Below, one piece after another: positions 1-11,700 of a stretch of 64,000 nucleotides of DNA. A model generated the notes under the pieces. It had not been told where the DNA came from, did no database searches, and saw nothing but the letters and a program-made list of their open reading frames with translations. The stretch is from Octopus sinensis (lineage: Eukaryota), in assembly GCF_006345805.1 (NCBI RefSeq), contig NC_042997.1, forward strand, positions 131,378,001 through 131,442,000. Reading direction: 5' to 3'. Position numbers and translations under genes: made by a program. The stretch's first letter is position 1. Each line of letters begins with the position of its first letter.

Positions 1-190
1 CTCTAGCAGGGGGTGGTGACGATCTCTGCTGTACTCTTTCGCCACAACTTTCTCTCAATCTTTCTTCTGTTGGCCTGCTCATTTAGCCAGCGGGGTGGCG
101 TCATTAGAAGGCTAAAACAATGCAAAGCGCATTGTGACCAGCGATGTGTAGCAATATCTCATAGCCTGGTTGGTCAGGTGATCACGTGAT
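1..190 (+). mobile_element. 3' half of a SINE, cut by the window edge; shares its central block with the V-like SINE at 41196-41488 but has a different tail
   Basis: gcagggggtggtgacgatctctgctgtactctttcgccacaactttctctca matches the reverse complement of ~41300-41360; ends gtgatcacgtgatata. Confidence 0.6.
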
Positions 191-644
191 ATATAAAGGT
201 ATGGTGTGATTTGATGGAGAGTTGGCTGCTATTTCTAACAGCTTGAGCAACTACATTGAGGCATCCTTCTTTGACTAGACTAGCTGTGATAGTGAAAATG
301 TGTAATGAGCAAATATTGAATAAAAGAAAAAGATTTCTAATTAAATAATAGTTCTTTAGATCTGTTATTTCAAACTTCTTTAGAAGAGGTGAGTAGATGA
401 GAAAAATCTTTGTCTTGATTTGGGCATTTCTCTTTCTTAGATATATTTCAAAGATGAAATCACTCATAAGGCATTGGTTGGTCCTGGCCTAAAGTCGAAG
501 ACAATTGCCCAAGATGCCAAGCAGTGGCACTGAACACATGATTTCAAAGTGAGCTTCTTAGCCACACAGCCATGCCTGCAGCTGTATGGTCTTTTTTCTG
601 TTAAAAAGACTGAGTATAATACAAAATGCTTAACACACGATACT

Positions 645-865
645 AATATTGGTTTCAAACTTTGGGACAGGGCCATCAAGTTTGGGGGAGGGTGTAAGTA
701 GATTACAGTGACCCCAGCACTCAACTGGTACTTTAGTTTATCGACCCCAAATAGATGAAAGACAAAGTTGACCTTGGTGGAATTTGAACTGAGAATGCAA
801 GAATGGACAAAATGCCATTAAGCATTTTGCCTGGTATGCTTATGATTCTGCCAGCTCGCCTCCTT
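645..865 (-). mobile_element. Degenerate SINE family A with alternative tail (A2)
   Basis: Reverse complement of head ggcgagctggcagaatc, B-box-like gttcaaattcc and core gaccttggtggaatttgaac/aaagttgacc; tail differs from the main A family. Confidence 0.7.
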
Positions 866-1223
866 AGCACACAATGTTAATAATAGCAACAGGCCAATTC
901 AGTAAGGGGAACTCTCCGTCAGGTGAGAGAAATTCCTTCCCTTTAGGTGAAATTTCTCCCACATTAATTTTTGAAACCATCCATTGACAAATTTGATTAA
1001 AAATCTATGTGAAAAATGATTTAAACCTTGATGAACAAAATGGAAATTTGATACAAGTTTAGTAGAGGATACTTCATGTAATTATGATAGCCGTTTGTCC
1101 ATCCAACAGACAAATACTCGCATTTACAACAGTTTTGTATGAATCACAAGCCTAAGTTAATCTTGAAGGGATTTGAATTCAGAACATAAAACTCTATACT
1201 TGAAACATTTTGTATGACAATTC

Positions 1224-1760
1224 TTATTTCTTTATTGCCCACAAGGGGCTAAACTTAGAGGGGACAAACAAGGACAGACAAAGGGATTAAGTCGATTATA
1301 TCGACCCCAGTGCGTAACTGGTACTTCATTTATCAACCCCAAAAGGATGAAAGGCAAAGTTGACCTCGGTAGAATTTGAACTCAGAACATAATGGCAGAT
1401 GAAATACCGCTAAGCATTTCACCTGGCATGCTAACGTTTCTGCCGCTTGCCGCCTTAAGAAATGAAAATGGAATGTAGCGGCAGATAAAATACCGCTAAG
1501 CATTTCACCCAGTGTGCTAACGTTTCGTATTTCTTTATTGCTCACAAGGGGCTAAACACAGAGAGGACAAACAAAGACAGACAAAGGGATTAAGTCGATT
1601 ACATCGATCCCAGTGCGTAACAGGAACTTAATTTATTGACCCTGAAAGTATGAAAGGCAAAGTTGACCTCGGCGGAATTTGAACTCAGAACATAACGGCA
1701 GACGAAATACCGCTAAGCATTTCTCCCTGCATGCTAATGTTTCTGCCAGCTCGCCGCCTT
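1224..1760 (-). mobile_element. SINE family A cluster: full units 1528-1760 and 1224-1456 with a head fragment 1474-1526 between them
   Basis: tRNA-like head aaggcggcgagctggcagaaacgttagc...gttctgagttcaaattcc, central block gaggtcaactttgcctttcatcc...gtcgataaat.aagtaccag (resembles the Meta-type SINE core as recalled), tail ...aaagaaataa. Confidence 0.85.
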
Positions 1761-1994
1761 TAAACTCCTTACAAGAAATAGCAGCTAAACAGCTTATAAA
1801 GGACATTTTGCTGTCCTAATATAATGAAGGACATGTAAAAGTAGGGCATTGACACTGTCTTGAATAGACAGCAAATGGAGGGGTGATAGTCTCAATGGAA
1901 TGTCTTTGATTAGAGGTCTACTTGATTAGAGATAACCTGGAGCCAAACAGCTACCACCATCACTGCCACTATCATAAGTCATCCACCTTATTAA

Positions 1995-2215
1995 CCCTTT
2001 TCTTACTGTATTTATTTTGAGATACTCTGTGTTTCTTTAAATCACTTTAAATATGACAAAGAATTTAGTAAAATAACTTGGTTATCATTCAGCTAGTGTT
2101 AGGAATATAAATTGTGACTAAGGTTTAGTGGAAGATTTTAATTCAAAACTTATGAAAACAAGACTTTTGTACTACAGAGCCAGAGCCAGTTTCAGCCGGG
2201 TTGGTAATGAAAGGG
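1995..2215 (-). mobile_element. ~220-bp TTAA-flanked MITE (piggyBac-type termini)
   Basis: TTAA|ccctttt ... aaaggg|TTAA; reverse complement of the copy at 40154-40373. Confidence 0.85.
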
Positions 2216-3573
2216 TTAAATATGAGAAATTGAGGAAATGAATGTAGAATACATATTGCAAGATAGAATCTGAGAATAAGGCAGTGTATCAGTGTGTATA
2301 TAAAACATACACACACACACTAGTCTGCCTAGGAAAGTGGTACTTTAGTCATATATCCACTATACCTCCCTCATAGACTATATTGTATTTTGGACAGATT
2401 TCTGTCAGAAAGAAAGAAAAAGTGGGGGAAGAGAGGTTGTGTGAAGTAGATTGAAGTTAATTGTGGTGAGGTGAGTGGGGAGATAAACGAAATGAGATGA
2501 GTTAAGGAGAGGTGAACTGATGAGGTGGGATGGAATTAGATGGGAATGTGTGTGAGCAAGAATGAAGTTCAGTGAAGTGTAGGAAGAGGGAGATATAAGT
2601 GTTCCTCATATTGTCTTGGCACATATTTCTTCAAAATCTTATTTCATGATGAGTCTATTCATAGCTTTAAATTGATTTCTTTCACGATGTAAAACCATCT
2701 TGAAGGCAACGTGAGCTCTCGCTGTTTGTCTCAATTGATGATAGCCAAAAATAAAATAGTTGTAACAGATTAGTATCTACTTCATTTACTGTTAATATCT
2801 TACACATTTACACTCATGTGTACTTACAAACATTCATGTGCACTTGCACATACTTCCACACAAAGCTGTCTCTCTCTATAAATATGTATATGCAATGTTA
2901 TGCATTTTCAAATACTGTCAGTTCATAAGTCTCTCTTTCAACTTTATATCTTGTATTGAGTTCTTCATTTAGTTTTTGAATATGAACAATTTACCTAATA
3001 CATGTATGTATGTGTGTAAGAGAAAAGTGAATGCTTTTATAATGCTAAAATCTGGTTGTTTGGATTCGTCTTATGTCACATTCCTGGCAAAAATGTCTAA
3101 TTCTTTCTACAAACTTCCTTTCAAATTTAATCATGTGTCTTAAGGTAAATAATATTATTTATTTTAATCTCAGTTTATGAAAACATTGCAAGTGATATGT
3201 ATCAAACTAGCGCGCACGTGTATAAAATATGACGGACTCTCCTGTCAAAAACATGATTATTCAGCTTTTGCCAAATGACCTGCATAAATGATTTGTATAT
3301 AGTGATAAAATGTATATGCCATACATTAGCTTACTTTCTCCGTCAAATTAACATAGCCTGAAGAGGTGCATGGTGTACATTATGTCATGTGTTGAAGTGA
3401 CAGCAGAGCAAAGTGTGATGAAGTGTTTTGCTCAAGAACACAATGCACCACTGGTTTAGGAATTGAAACCATGGTCCCGTAATCGTGAGTTCAACATCCT
3501 AACTATTAGGTCATACATAATCATTATTCTAACACCCATTTTTCCATACTTGCATGGGTTGGATGGAGGTAGA

Positions 3574-4100
3574 TTTTCTATGGCTGGATACCCTTCCTGT
3601 AGACGACCCTTATCTGTTTCCAAGCAGGGTAATATTTCCCTATGGTCATACTTGTTTTTGCAGAATACTGGAAATTAGTGATAGTCATATACACCAATCA
3701 TGGGATGTCAAGATGAGGAGACACTCTCACACATACACATATATAAGTGTTCCTCGTATTGTCTTGGCACATATTTCTTCAAAATCTTATTTCATGATGA
3801 GTCTATTCATAGCTTTAAATTGATTTTCTTACATACAGTTTCTATCTACCAAATTCATTCACAAGGCATTGATCATCCAGGGGCTAGAGCAGAAGATAAG
3901 ATTTTGAAGACAATACGAGGAACACTTATATATACGTGTATTTGTGAGAGTGTCTCCTTATCTTGACATCCCATGATTGGTGTATATGACTGTCACTAAT
4001 TTCCAGTGTTCTGCAAAAACAAATATGACCATAGGGAAATATTACCCTGCTTGGAAACAGATAAGGGTTGTCTACAGGAAGGGTATCTAGCCATAGGAAA
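3574..4100. repeat. ~190-bp inverted repeat (3574-3765 vs 3907-4100) enclosing templated fragments
   Basis: ORFs 3554-3823(+) and 3926-4114(-) encode near-identical peptides (FLWLDTLPVD.PYLFPSRVIFPYGH...); arms checked by eye. Confidence 0.95.
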
Positions 4101-4697
4101 TGTACAATGCACAAATACAGTTTCCTTTGAGTTTCCAGCTAACAACTCCACTCACTGGGCATTTGGTTGACCTGGCACTATTGTAGAAAACACATGCCCA
4201 TGGTGCAATGCGGTGGTACTTGATCCTAAACCTTGTGTTGGGAAGCAAACTGTTTAACCTCACAGCCATGCCAGACACACACACATGCACACAGATTAAA
4301 CCTATATTTACCAAGAGCTAATTTAGAAGTTCAAAGCAGTAATTTATATATATTTTCAATAAGCTTAAGTAGAATCAAATTCAAATGACCTATCAACATA
4401 GAATCAAAATCTGTATATACATTAGGACTTGAAGCCGTATTTTCTGAGTGAACTGTTTTGCTCTCTCTCACACTCACACATATGCATATATATATATACA
4501 CACATATGTGTGTGTGTGTATATATTTTTATGCACTGATACATATCAGTAGGGAAATTTCAGTTAATATTTCAGAGAGAGCTTTCAGTACACAGCTCCTT
4601 AACTTATCCAAGTTCATGTCATTAGCCTATATGAGTTATTTCCTTTGAGCTCATTTTAATTTTTAATTATATTTATTCATAACATTTTTCTGTACAT

Positions 4698-4860
4698 GCA
4701 GGAGTGGCTCTGTGGTAAGTAGTTTGCTTACGAACCACATGGTTCCGGGTTCAGTCCCACTGCGTGCCACCTTGGGCAAGTGTCTTCTACCATAGCCTCA
4801 GGCCGACCAAAGCCTTGTGAGTGGATTTTGTTGACTGTGGTATGTATGTATGTATGTATG

Positions 4861-4907
<47 letters not shown>

Positions 4908-5105
4908 CTGTGTTTGTCCCCCACCCCCAACATCGCTTGACAACCAATGCTGGTATGTTTACGTCCCCGTAACTTAGCGGTTCGGCAAAAGAGACTGATA
5001 GAATAAGTACTGGGCTTACAAAGAATAAGTTATGGGGTCGATGTGCTCGACTAAAGGCAGTGCTTCAGCATGGCCGTAGTCAAATGACTGAAACAAGTAA
5101 AAGAG
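4698..5105 (+). mobile_element. SINE family B (tRNA head + CORE-like block + internal microsatellite + tail)
   Basis: ggagtggctctgtggtaag..ggttcagtccc head; caccttgggcaagtgtcttc CORE-like motif; (TA/TG)n; tail gcagtgcttcagcatggccgtagtcaaatgactgaaacaagtaaaag. Confidence 0.85.
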
Positions 5106-5302
5106 CATGTAATAATCTTTTGTCAAATGATCTCGCCATATTATTCTTTCTGGAGATCATCTCCAAAAATGTGTAGTTTTCCTTGTAACCATGTGGTTTC
5201 AGGTTCAGTCTTATTGTGCAGTACCTTGAGCAAGTATCTTCTGCTCTAGCCCCTGGCTGATCAATGCCTAGTGAATGAATTTGGTAGATAGAAACTGTAT
5301 GT

Positions 5303-5720
5303 AAGGCGGTGAGCTGGCAGAAACTTTAACATGCCTGGCGAAATGCATAGCGGTATTTCGTCTGCTGCTACATTCTGAGTTCAAATTCCGCCGAGGTCAA
5401 CTTTGCCTTTCATCCTTTCGGGGTCGATTAAATAAGTACCAGTTACGCACTGGGGTTGATGTAATCGACTTAATCCATGTGTCTGTCCTTGTTTGTCCCC
5501 TCTGTGTTTAGCCCCTTGTGGGTAGTAAAGAAATAGGTATTTCATCTGCTGCTACATTCTGAGTTCAAATTCCACCGAGGTCAATTTTGCCTTTCATCCT
5601 TTCGGGGTCGATTAAATAAGTACCAGTTATGCACTGGGGTTGATATAATTGACTTAATCCGTTTGTCCATCCTTGTTTGTCCCGTCTGTGTGTAGCCTCT
5701 TGTGGGCAGTAAAGAAATAA
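5303..5720 (+). mobile_element. SINE family A dimer nested in an older CORE-like SINE, 11-bp TSD
   Basis: Two units with 184-bp period; flanks gaaactgtatg (5291-5301) and gaaactgtgtg (5721-5731). Confidence 0.85.
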
Positions 5721-6084
5721 GAAACTGTGTGGAAGCCTAGTGTGCATGTGTTTGTGTGCCCACTGCTTGACCACCAGTGCTGGTGTGTTTACATTTTAAC
5801 TTAGTGGTTTGATAAAAGAGATCATTAGAATAAGTACCAGGCAAAAACAAACACAGGGGATATTTTGTTCAACTAAAACCTTCAAATGTTCCAGGATTGC
5901 AGTAGTGAAATGACTGAAGCAAATAAGTTAAAACAACTTGAGACAAAAATTGAATTCTTTTGATATCACTGTCAGTAATTATATTGACAATGACATCAAA
6001 AGATATCACTCTTATGGCATACGTTTCATCAAATGATGACCTTATTAACTGAAATAAGTTTTTTTTTATTCTTTTCATTATTGT

Positions 6085-6460
6085 TTTATTTGTTTCGGTC
6101 ATTTGACTGGCCATACTGGCGCATCACCTTTAGTCGAGCAAATTGACACCAGGACTTATTCTCTGTAAGCCTAGTACTTATTCTATCAGTCTCTTTTGCC
6201 GAACCACTAGGCTACGGGGACGTAAACACACCAGCATCGGTTGTCAAGCGATGTTGGGGGGGGACAAACACAGATACAAACACACACACACACACATATA
6301 CGACAGGCTTCTTTCAGTTTCCATCTACCAAATCCACTCACAAGGCTTTGGTTGGCCCTAGGCTATAGTAGAAAACACTTGCCCAGGGTGCCATGCAGTG
6401 GGACTGAACCCAGAACCATGTGGTTGGTAAGCAAGCTACATACCACACAGCCACTCTTGC
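6085..6460 (-). mobile_element. SINE family B
   Basis: Full reverse-complement match to 4698-5105 with internal (CA)n. Confidence 0.85.
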
Positions 6461-6650
6461 ACCATAAGCTTGTAATAAGTGTCTATAAGCTTGTAATAAT
6501 GGAGTGTAATCTGATGGTGTGTTGCTTTTAGATCCAGTTTGTTGAATTTGTTGTAGAAATAAAACAAAATCTTCCATATTAGGAAGTGGGTAAGCAATCC
6601 AAAAAGCCCTACTGATTATTGTTTGCTATTATTTGTACAAATTAGCTCTA

Positions 6651-7075
6651 CAGGCACAGGTATGGCTGTGTAGTTAAGCTTTCTTTCCCACTGTGTGGTC
6701 TTGGATACAGCCCTACCGCATAGTGCCTTAGGTATTTATTTATTACTATAACTCCAGGCCAACCAAAGACTTGTGAATGGTTTTGGTAGAAAGAAACTAA
6801 AAGAAGTCCATCATGTGTGTGCGTGTGTATGAGTGTACCATTGTCTATACATTATATAATGGTATACATTATATAATGGCTTTAAAAGAACATCACTATC
6901 ATATGAGTGATGTTGTTTACTTCCAGTCTTCTATGTAAAACATGTTTCGTCATGGGAAATATTACCTTGCTTGATAACATGATAACAAGAAGGGTCTCCA
7001 GCTGTAGAAATTCTGCTTCAACAGATTTTGTCTGACCCATGAAAGCATGGAAAAGTGGACATTAAATGATGAATA
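6651..7075 (+). mobile_element. Old CORE-like SINE with an RTE-derived tail
   Basis: Family B-type head and core followed by aagggtctccagctgtagaaa...cccatgaaagcatggaaaagtggacattaaatgatga, matching the RTE 3' end at 11101-11250. Confidence 0.65.
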
Positions 7076-8181
7076 ATCAATATGTTGTCACTGTTTCTTG
7101 CTGATATCACTTGAACATGTCATGGGAAAGACAGATGACTTAATAGTGCTGCTGTCAAGAAGCCATTTGGTCTCTTTTTTAAACATTTCCTTTGGTGGAG
7201 AAAAGTAAAGTGGTAGGAAACTCTCAAGAGAGCTGAACAGCAGAAAGTCTTTAGAGAAGAAACCCACCATACGTAAGTGTTTTGGCCCTTCATTGAGTGG
7301 AGAAAAGCAGAGAAATTTAAGCACAAGGAACATCATAATCATCATCGTTTAATGTCCACTTTCCATGCTAGCATGGTTGGACAATTTGACTGAGGGCTGG
7401 CAAACCAGATGGCTGCACCAATCTTGATCTGGCACAGTTTCTACAGCTGGATGCCCTTCCTAACGCCAACATTGTTATCAAATCACTACATAGGTGGGAA
7501 AAATATGCAGGGTCATCAACATTAGAAAATGAGTAGCAGTAAAATTTGAAATTAAAATTTAGAATGATCCCAATTTAAGTATAAAGGTCACTCATTTAAG
7601 GAAATAAATTTTTGAGGAATATATGTTACTCAAATCATTTATATATACTTTATCTTAGAAAATATCCACTTAAGATATTTGAAACATGGAAACATGAAGA
7701 AAGAGTTTTAAATTGACTAGCCAGGCCAAATTCAAGATGTTGCCAAGCTGAGTGGAGTGAGAGATTCTTGCAAACATCCTTATCTATAAAATTGGCAACA
7801 CTATCAGGACCAAGTCAAGAATCAATATACAAGATATTGGTTTGCTGATAGTAACTGTTCTCAAGTTTATTTCCTTGATGTGCTGTTGTTGTATTGAGGA
7901 CCGTAAATACTTTATTGTGGCTCTTTCTTAGCCAACATGCTCACAAAAAATGTCCTGCCTTTTCATTGTTGCATCAAATTTTGTTCTTTTCTGAAAAAAA
8001 AAAAACAATGCCTTCATGGTAAGGGGGAGCTTGCTTCTGAACCACATAGTTTTGGGTTCAGTCCTATTGTGTGACACCTTGGGCAAAATCTTCTACTTTA
8101 GCCTTGGGCCAACCAAAATCTTGTGAGTGGATCTGGTCAACTGAAACTAAAAAAAGCCTGTCATGTATATATATATATATA

Positions 8182-8273
8182 TGATGAGGATTTGGCAACC
8201 TTCTATGCCAGTTTTCCATTCATTTGTGCAGTTATGTTTTTTAACTTATTATTTAATGGAACACCACATACTG

Positions 8274-8335
<62 letters not shown>

Positions 8336-8427
8336 CAGTATGTGGTGTTCCATTAAATAATAAGTTAAAAAACATAACTGCACAAATGAATGGAAAACTG
8401 GCATAGAAGGTTGCCAAATCCTCATCA
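8182..8427. repeat. Perfect 246-bp palindrome: 97-bp arms around (TA)26
   Basis: 8182-8278 is the exact reverse complement of 8331-8427; 8279-8330 is pure TA. Confidence 0.97.
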
Positions 8428-9899
8428 GTTAGGTTAGTGGCTAAAGGATCAACACAATCTCATGTCTTCAAATGATAATATTGATCCCCTCTGCTAACAG
8501 AGAAAGAGAGAGAGATAGTGTGTTTATATCACCTTGTCTTGATACTGTCATACAATCAGTGTTATTTCAATTTCAAGATTCTATAAAAATATATCTGGGC
8601 ATAGGAAAATATTTCCTTGCTTGGAAATGGGTGAAGGTTAGAGACAGGAAGGGCATGTTGAAAATCTGCCTCCATCTAACTAATCCAAGAACAGAGATTT
8701 AAGGAAGAAGTAACATTATGTTAAAGGAAGTGAACTTTTCTTTTATTACTGATTCAAAAAGGAAATTGAGAAGTTGGGAGGGTTAGCAAAACTTTTTATT
8801 TCTTTGAATAACTTCCAGGGAACAGATTTCATTGATTGATTATACCAAATTCGATGAAGAATTATCAAGAGATTTTTATAAAATATGGTAAAATTAATTT
8901 CTGGAAATAAATGAATCTCTGAAGTTTTCCTCTTGATCAGCAGTTACAGCCTAAAATTGGCTGGTGGGGTTATGTAGAATTGTGATGTAAGATTCACTGT
9001 CTTCACCTCATTATTGTTTCCATGACAGCAATTAGAATCTACAAAAGATTTGTATTATGCTTTTTAATGAAGATGCAATTGGAATAACCATTGTGTTATT
9101 GTAGTTTGTGAAATCTAAACTATAACTGGAGATCAAAGATGAGATGAAGTTAGTAAGCAGAGTGAATCTTTGTTATTGAGATAAGTCTGGGAATGCAGCA
9201 AGAATATTTAGGAATGTAAATTTCCAGTGTGTCTTTTGTGTTGATATCTGAAGAACCAGCAAAGAAAGAAATTTTATTGTATTTTACTGTGGAGAGACAT
9301 GTCACAGAGTACTTTCCAGCTGTGAAAAGAATTATTTTCAAACATTTAAGCTAAATAAATTTTTGTACAACAAAAGAGATATGTACTAAAATATCTTATG
9401 TTTATACATGGTGAATGGAATATGAATAAATTCAAAACTAAACTTCAAGTGCAAAAAATAAAAGAAATCAAGAACAAAAGATGGGGGTGAAAGCAATGAT
9501 ATATACAAAGTTGTAAATGGACAGCAAAATGAAACCTGGAAATAAATATTGATGACCAATATCAAGAGGTCACAATCAATCAACATGAGTACAAGATGCA
9601 TATCTGCATGTTTAATATGAAAGGGGGGAAAAAAAAAGACCCGAAGGTCTAAAGGAATTAGCCTTTGTTTCAAATAGTTGTAAAATGGCAGATTGCAGCA
9701 GTGAAACAAAAATTTTGACATCTCAGAAAATAAATGGCATATGAATTTTAACAGTTTTCTGTATTTGCTTTTTCAAAGAATAATATGGCTTCTTCCACGT
9801 GGCAACTGCTTCAATTTCAACATTCAGTATTAAAATGATGTTGCTTGTTAGATTTGTAAAATTCTGAATATCATTCAATGCAACCTACCCAACCACGTC

Positions 9900-10340
9900 A
9901 TCTCTTTTTCCTACTTCTTCTGTCTATAGTATCATCACTATTGATCTGCTTTCCTCCTTTTTCTTTTTACACAATAACACATTCTCTCAACTTATGCATC
10001 ATTGGTCAACCCCAACCCCTTATCCAGTATTCACTACATCCATCTTTCAACCCTCTCCAGTTTTTACATTTGTTACCTACCTCTCTTCACTCATTCCCTA
10101 ATCTCTCACTATCACATATTCTTGCAGCCTTGCACTCATGTTCCTGTTTCCTCTGTCCCCGCTCATCTGGTACCTTGAGGGTACACTCAGACAAATTGTC
10201 ACCACCATTTTATCTTTTTTCCTGTTTCACCTGGTCATTCTCACTCTCTCTTGTAAATGTGAGCAGTCATGTAGAGAGTGCCTCTACACCAAGACATGTG
10301 CTCTGCCTCCCTTTCTCATGCTTTAATCTCTCATCTCCTA
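9900..10340 (-). mobile_element. Highly decayed RTE-like LINE 3' fragment
   Basis: Minus-strand translation loosely resembles the RTE C-terminus (GRGRPRKTW..DL region) with many stops. Confidence 0.3.
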
Positions 10341-10612
10341 GCAAAAAAGCCATCCCCTCACCCTGGCATTTTGCCTGGCATGCTAACAATTCTGCCAGCT
10401 CACTGCCCTCTAATGGAATAATATTGAAGTATTGTATATTCAACCTGTTTTAGGTTCAAACTGACCAGATCTTGCCTATCATACCTACCCTATAATGTCA
10501 TTTTAAAAATAGTCACATTGAAATCTTGAAGATACACAGTAATGCATGATTAATTCCAAGCAATTTAGATAAGCATTACATTTGACAAAATAATCTAAAG
10601 GATTAAGGATCT

Positions 10613-10846
10613 TTTGTTTTTGGATTTGGTTTGCAAGATTCTTTATATGAGTTCGTGTGTTGAAGCATATTCTGTTGTGTCAGGGGAGAGTCATTTTCTT
10701 TTTGTGTCTTATAATTTAACACACTCACCGGTAAAATTTCCATGAAAATTTTAGCAAAATAAAAATAAGAAATAAGTGGAAATTTTACCGGTGAGTGTGT
10801 TACATTATAAGGCACAAAAAGAAAATGACTCTCCCCTGACACAAGA
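10613..10846. mobile_element. Unclassified repeat insertion with internal 68-bp inverted duplication and 12-bp TSD
   Basis: gattaaggatct at 10601-10612 and 10847-10858; arms 10675-10742 and 10777-10844; non-inverted relative at ~60535-60710. Confidence 0.8.
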
Positions 10847-11434
10847 GATTAAGGATCTGTTTCATGGCATTAAAAGGAGATTAATTTTCCCCTGGAGAGG
10901 CTGCTAGCCACCAATGACTGTTTGAGATGATGTGATACTTATTTCTTACTGTACATAGAATTAAGTGTAGCTAAAAATGCTTTAAAAAATTGTTTATAAT
11001 GAATTTCAAATCAAGGCCAGTAGTTTAATTTTATATCCACTAAGCAATTTCATTTGTGTGTGTAAATGTGCTTGTATGTATATGTGTGTGTATATGCATA
11101 TCATCATCATCATCATCATCATCGTTTAGCGTCCGTTTTCCATGCTAGCATGGGTTGGACGGTTCTACTGGGGTCTGTGAAGCCAGAAGGCTTCATCAGG
11201 CCCAGTCAAATCTGGCAGTGTTTCTACGGCTGGATGCCCTTCCTAACGCCAACCACTCCGTGAGTGTAGTGGGTGCTTTTTACGTGCCACCCGCACTGGT
11301 GCCAGACAGAGCTGGCAAACGGCCACGAACGGATGGTGCTTTTTATGTGCCACCGGCACGAGGGCCAGGCGAGGCTGGCAACGGACACGAAACAGGGCGG
11401 TGCTGGCAACGGTCGCGAAACGGAAAGTTCTCTT

Positions 11435-11630
11435 ACATGCCACCGGCACTGGTAACACATCTGCAATTTCCATTGATCGATTTCGATTCTGATCCTCACT
11501 TGCCTCAACGGGTCTTCACAAGCAGAGTTTTGACATGCCACCGGCACTGGTAGCACATCCGCAATTTCCATTGATCGATTTCGATTCTGATCCTCACTTG
11601 CCTCAACACGTCTTCACAAGTAGAGTTTTG
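11435..11630. repeat. 98-bp tandem duplication in the RTE 3' UTR
   Basis: acatgccaccggcactgg...agagttttg at 11435-11532 and 11533-11630, about 5 mismatches. Confidence 0.9.
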
Positions 11631-11700
11631 TGTCCCAAGAAGGGAAGGTATGCATACGTAGGCTGGCTCCATCCCATGTAGAAGGCCACGGGTTATGGAC

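Noticed and set aside
7088-7345. 85-aa minus-strand ORF in non-repetitive sequence
   Set aside because: Start lies in an RTE tail (gat)n; no recognisable domain or convincing splice sites
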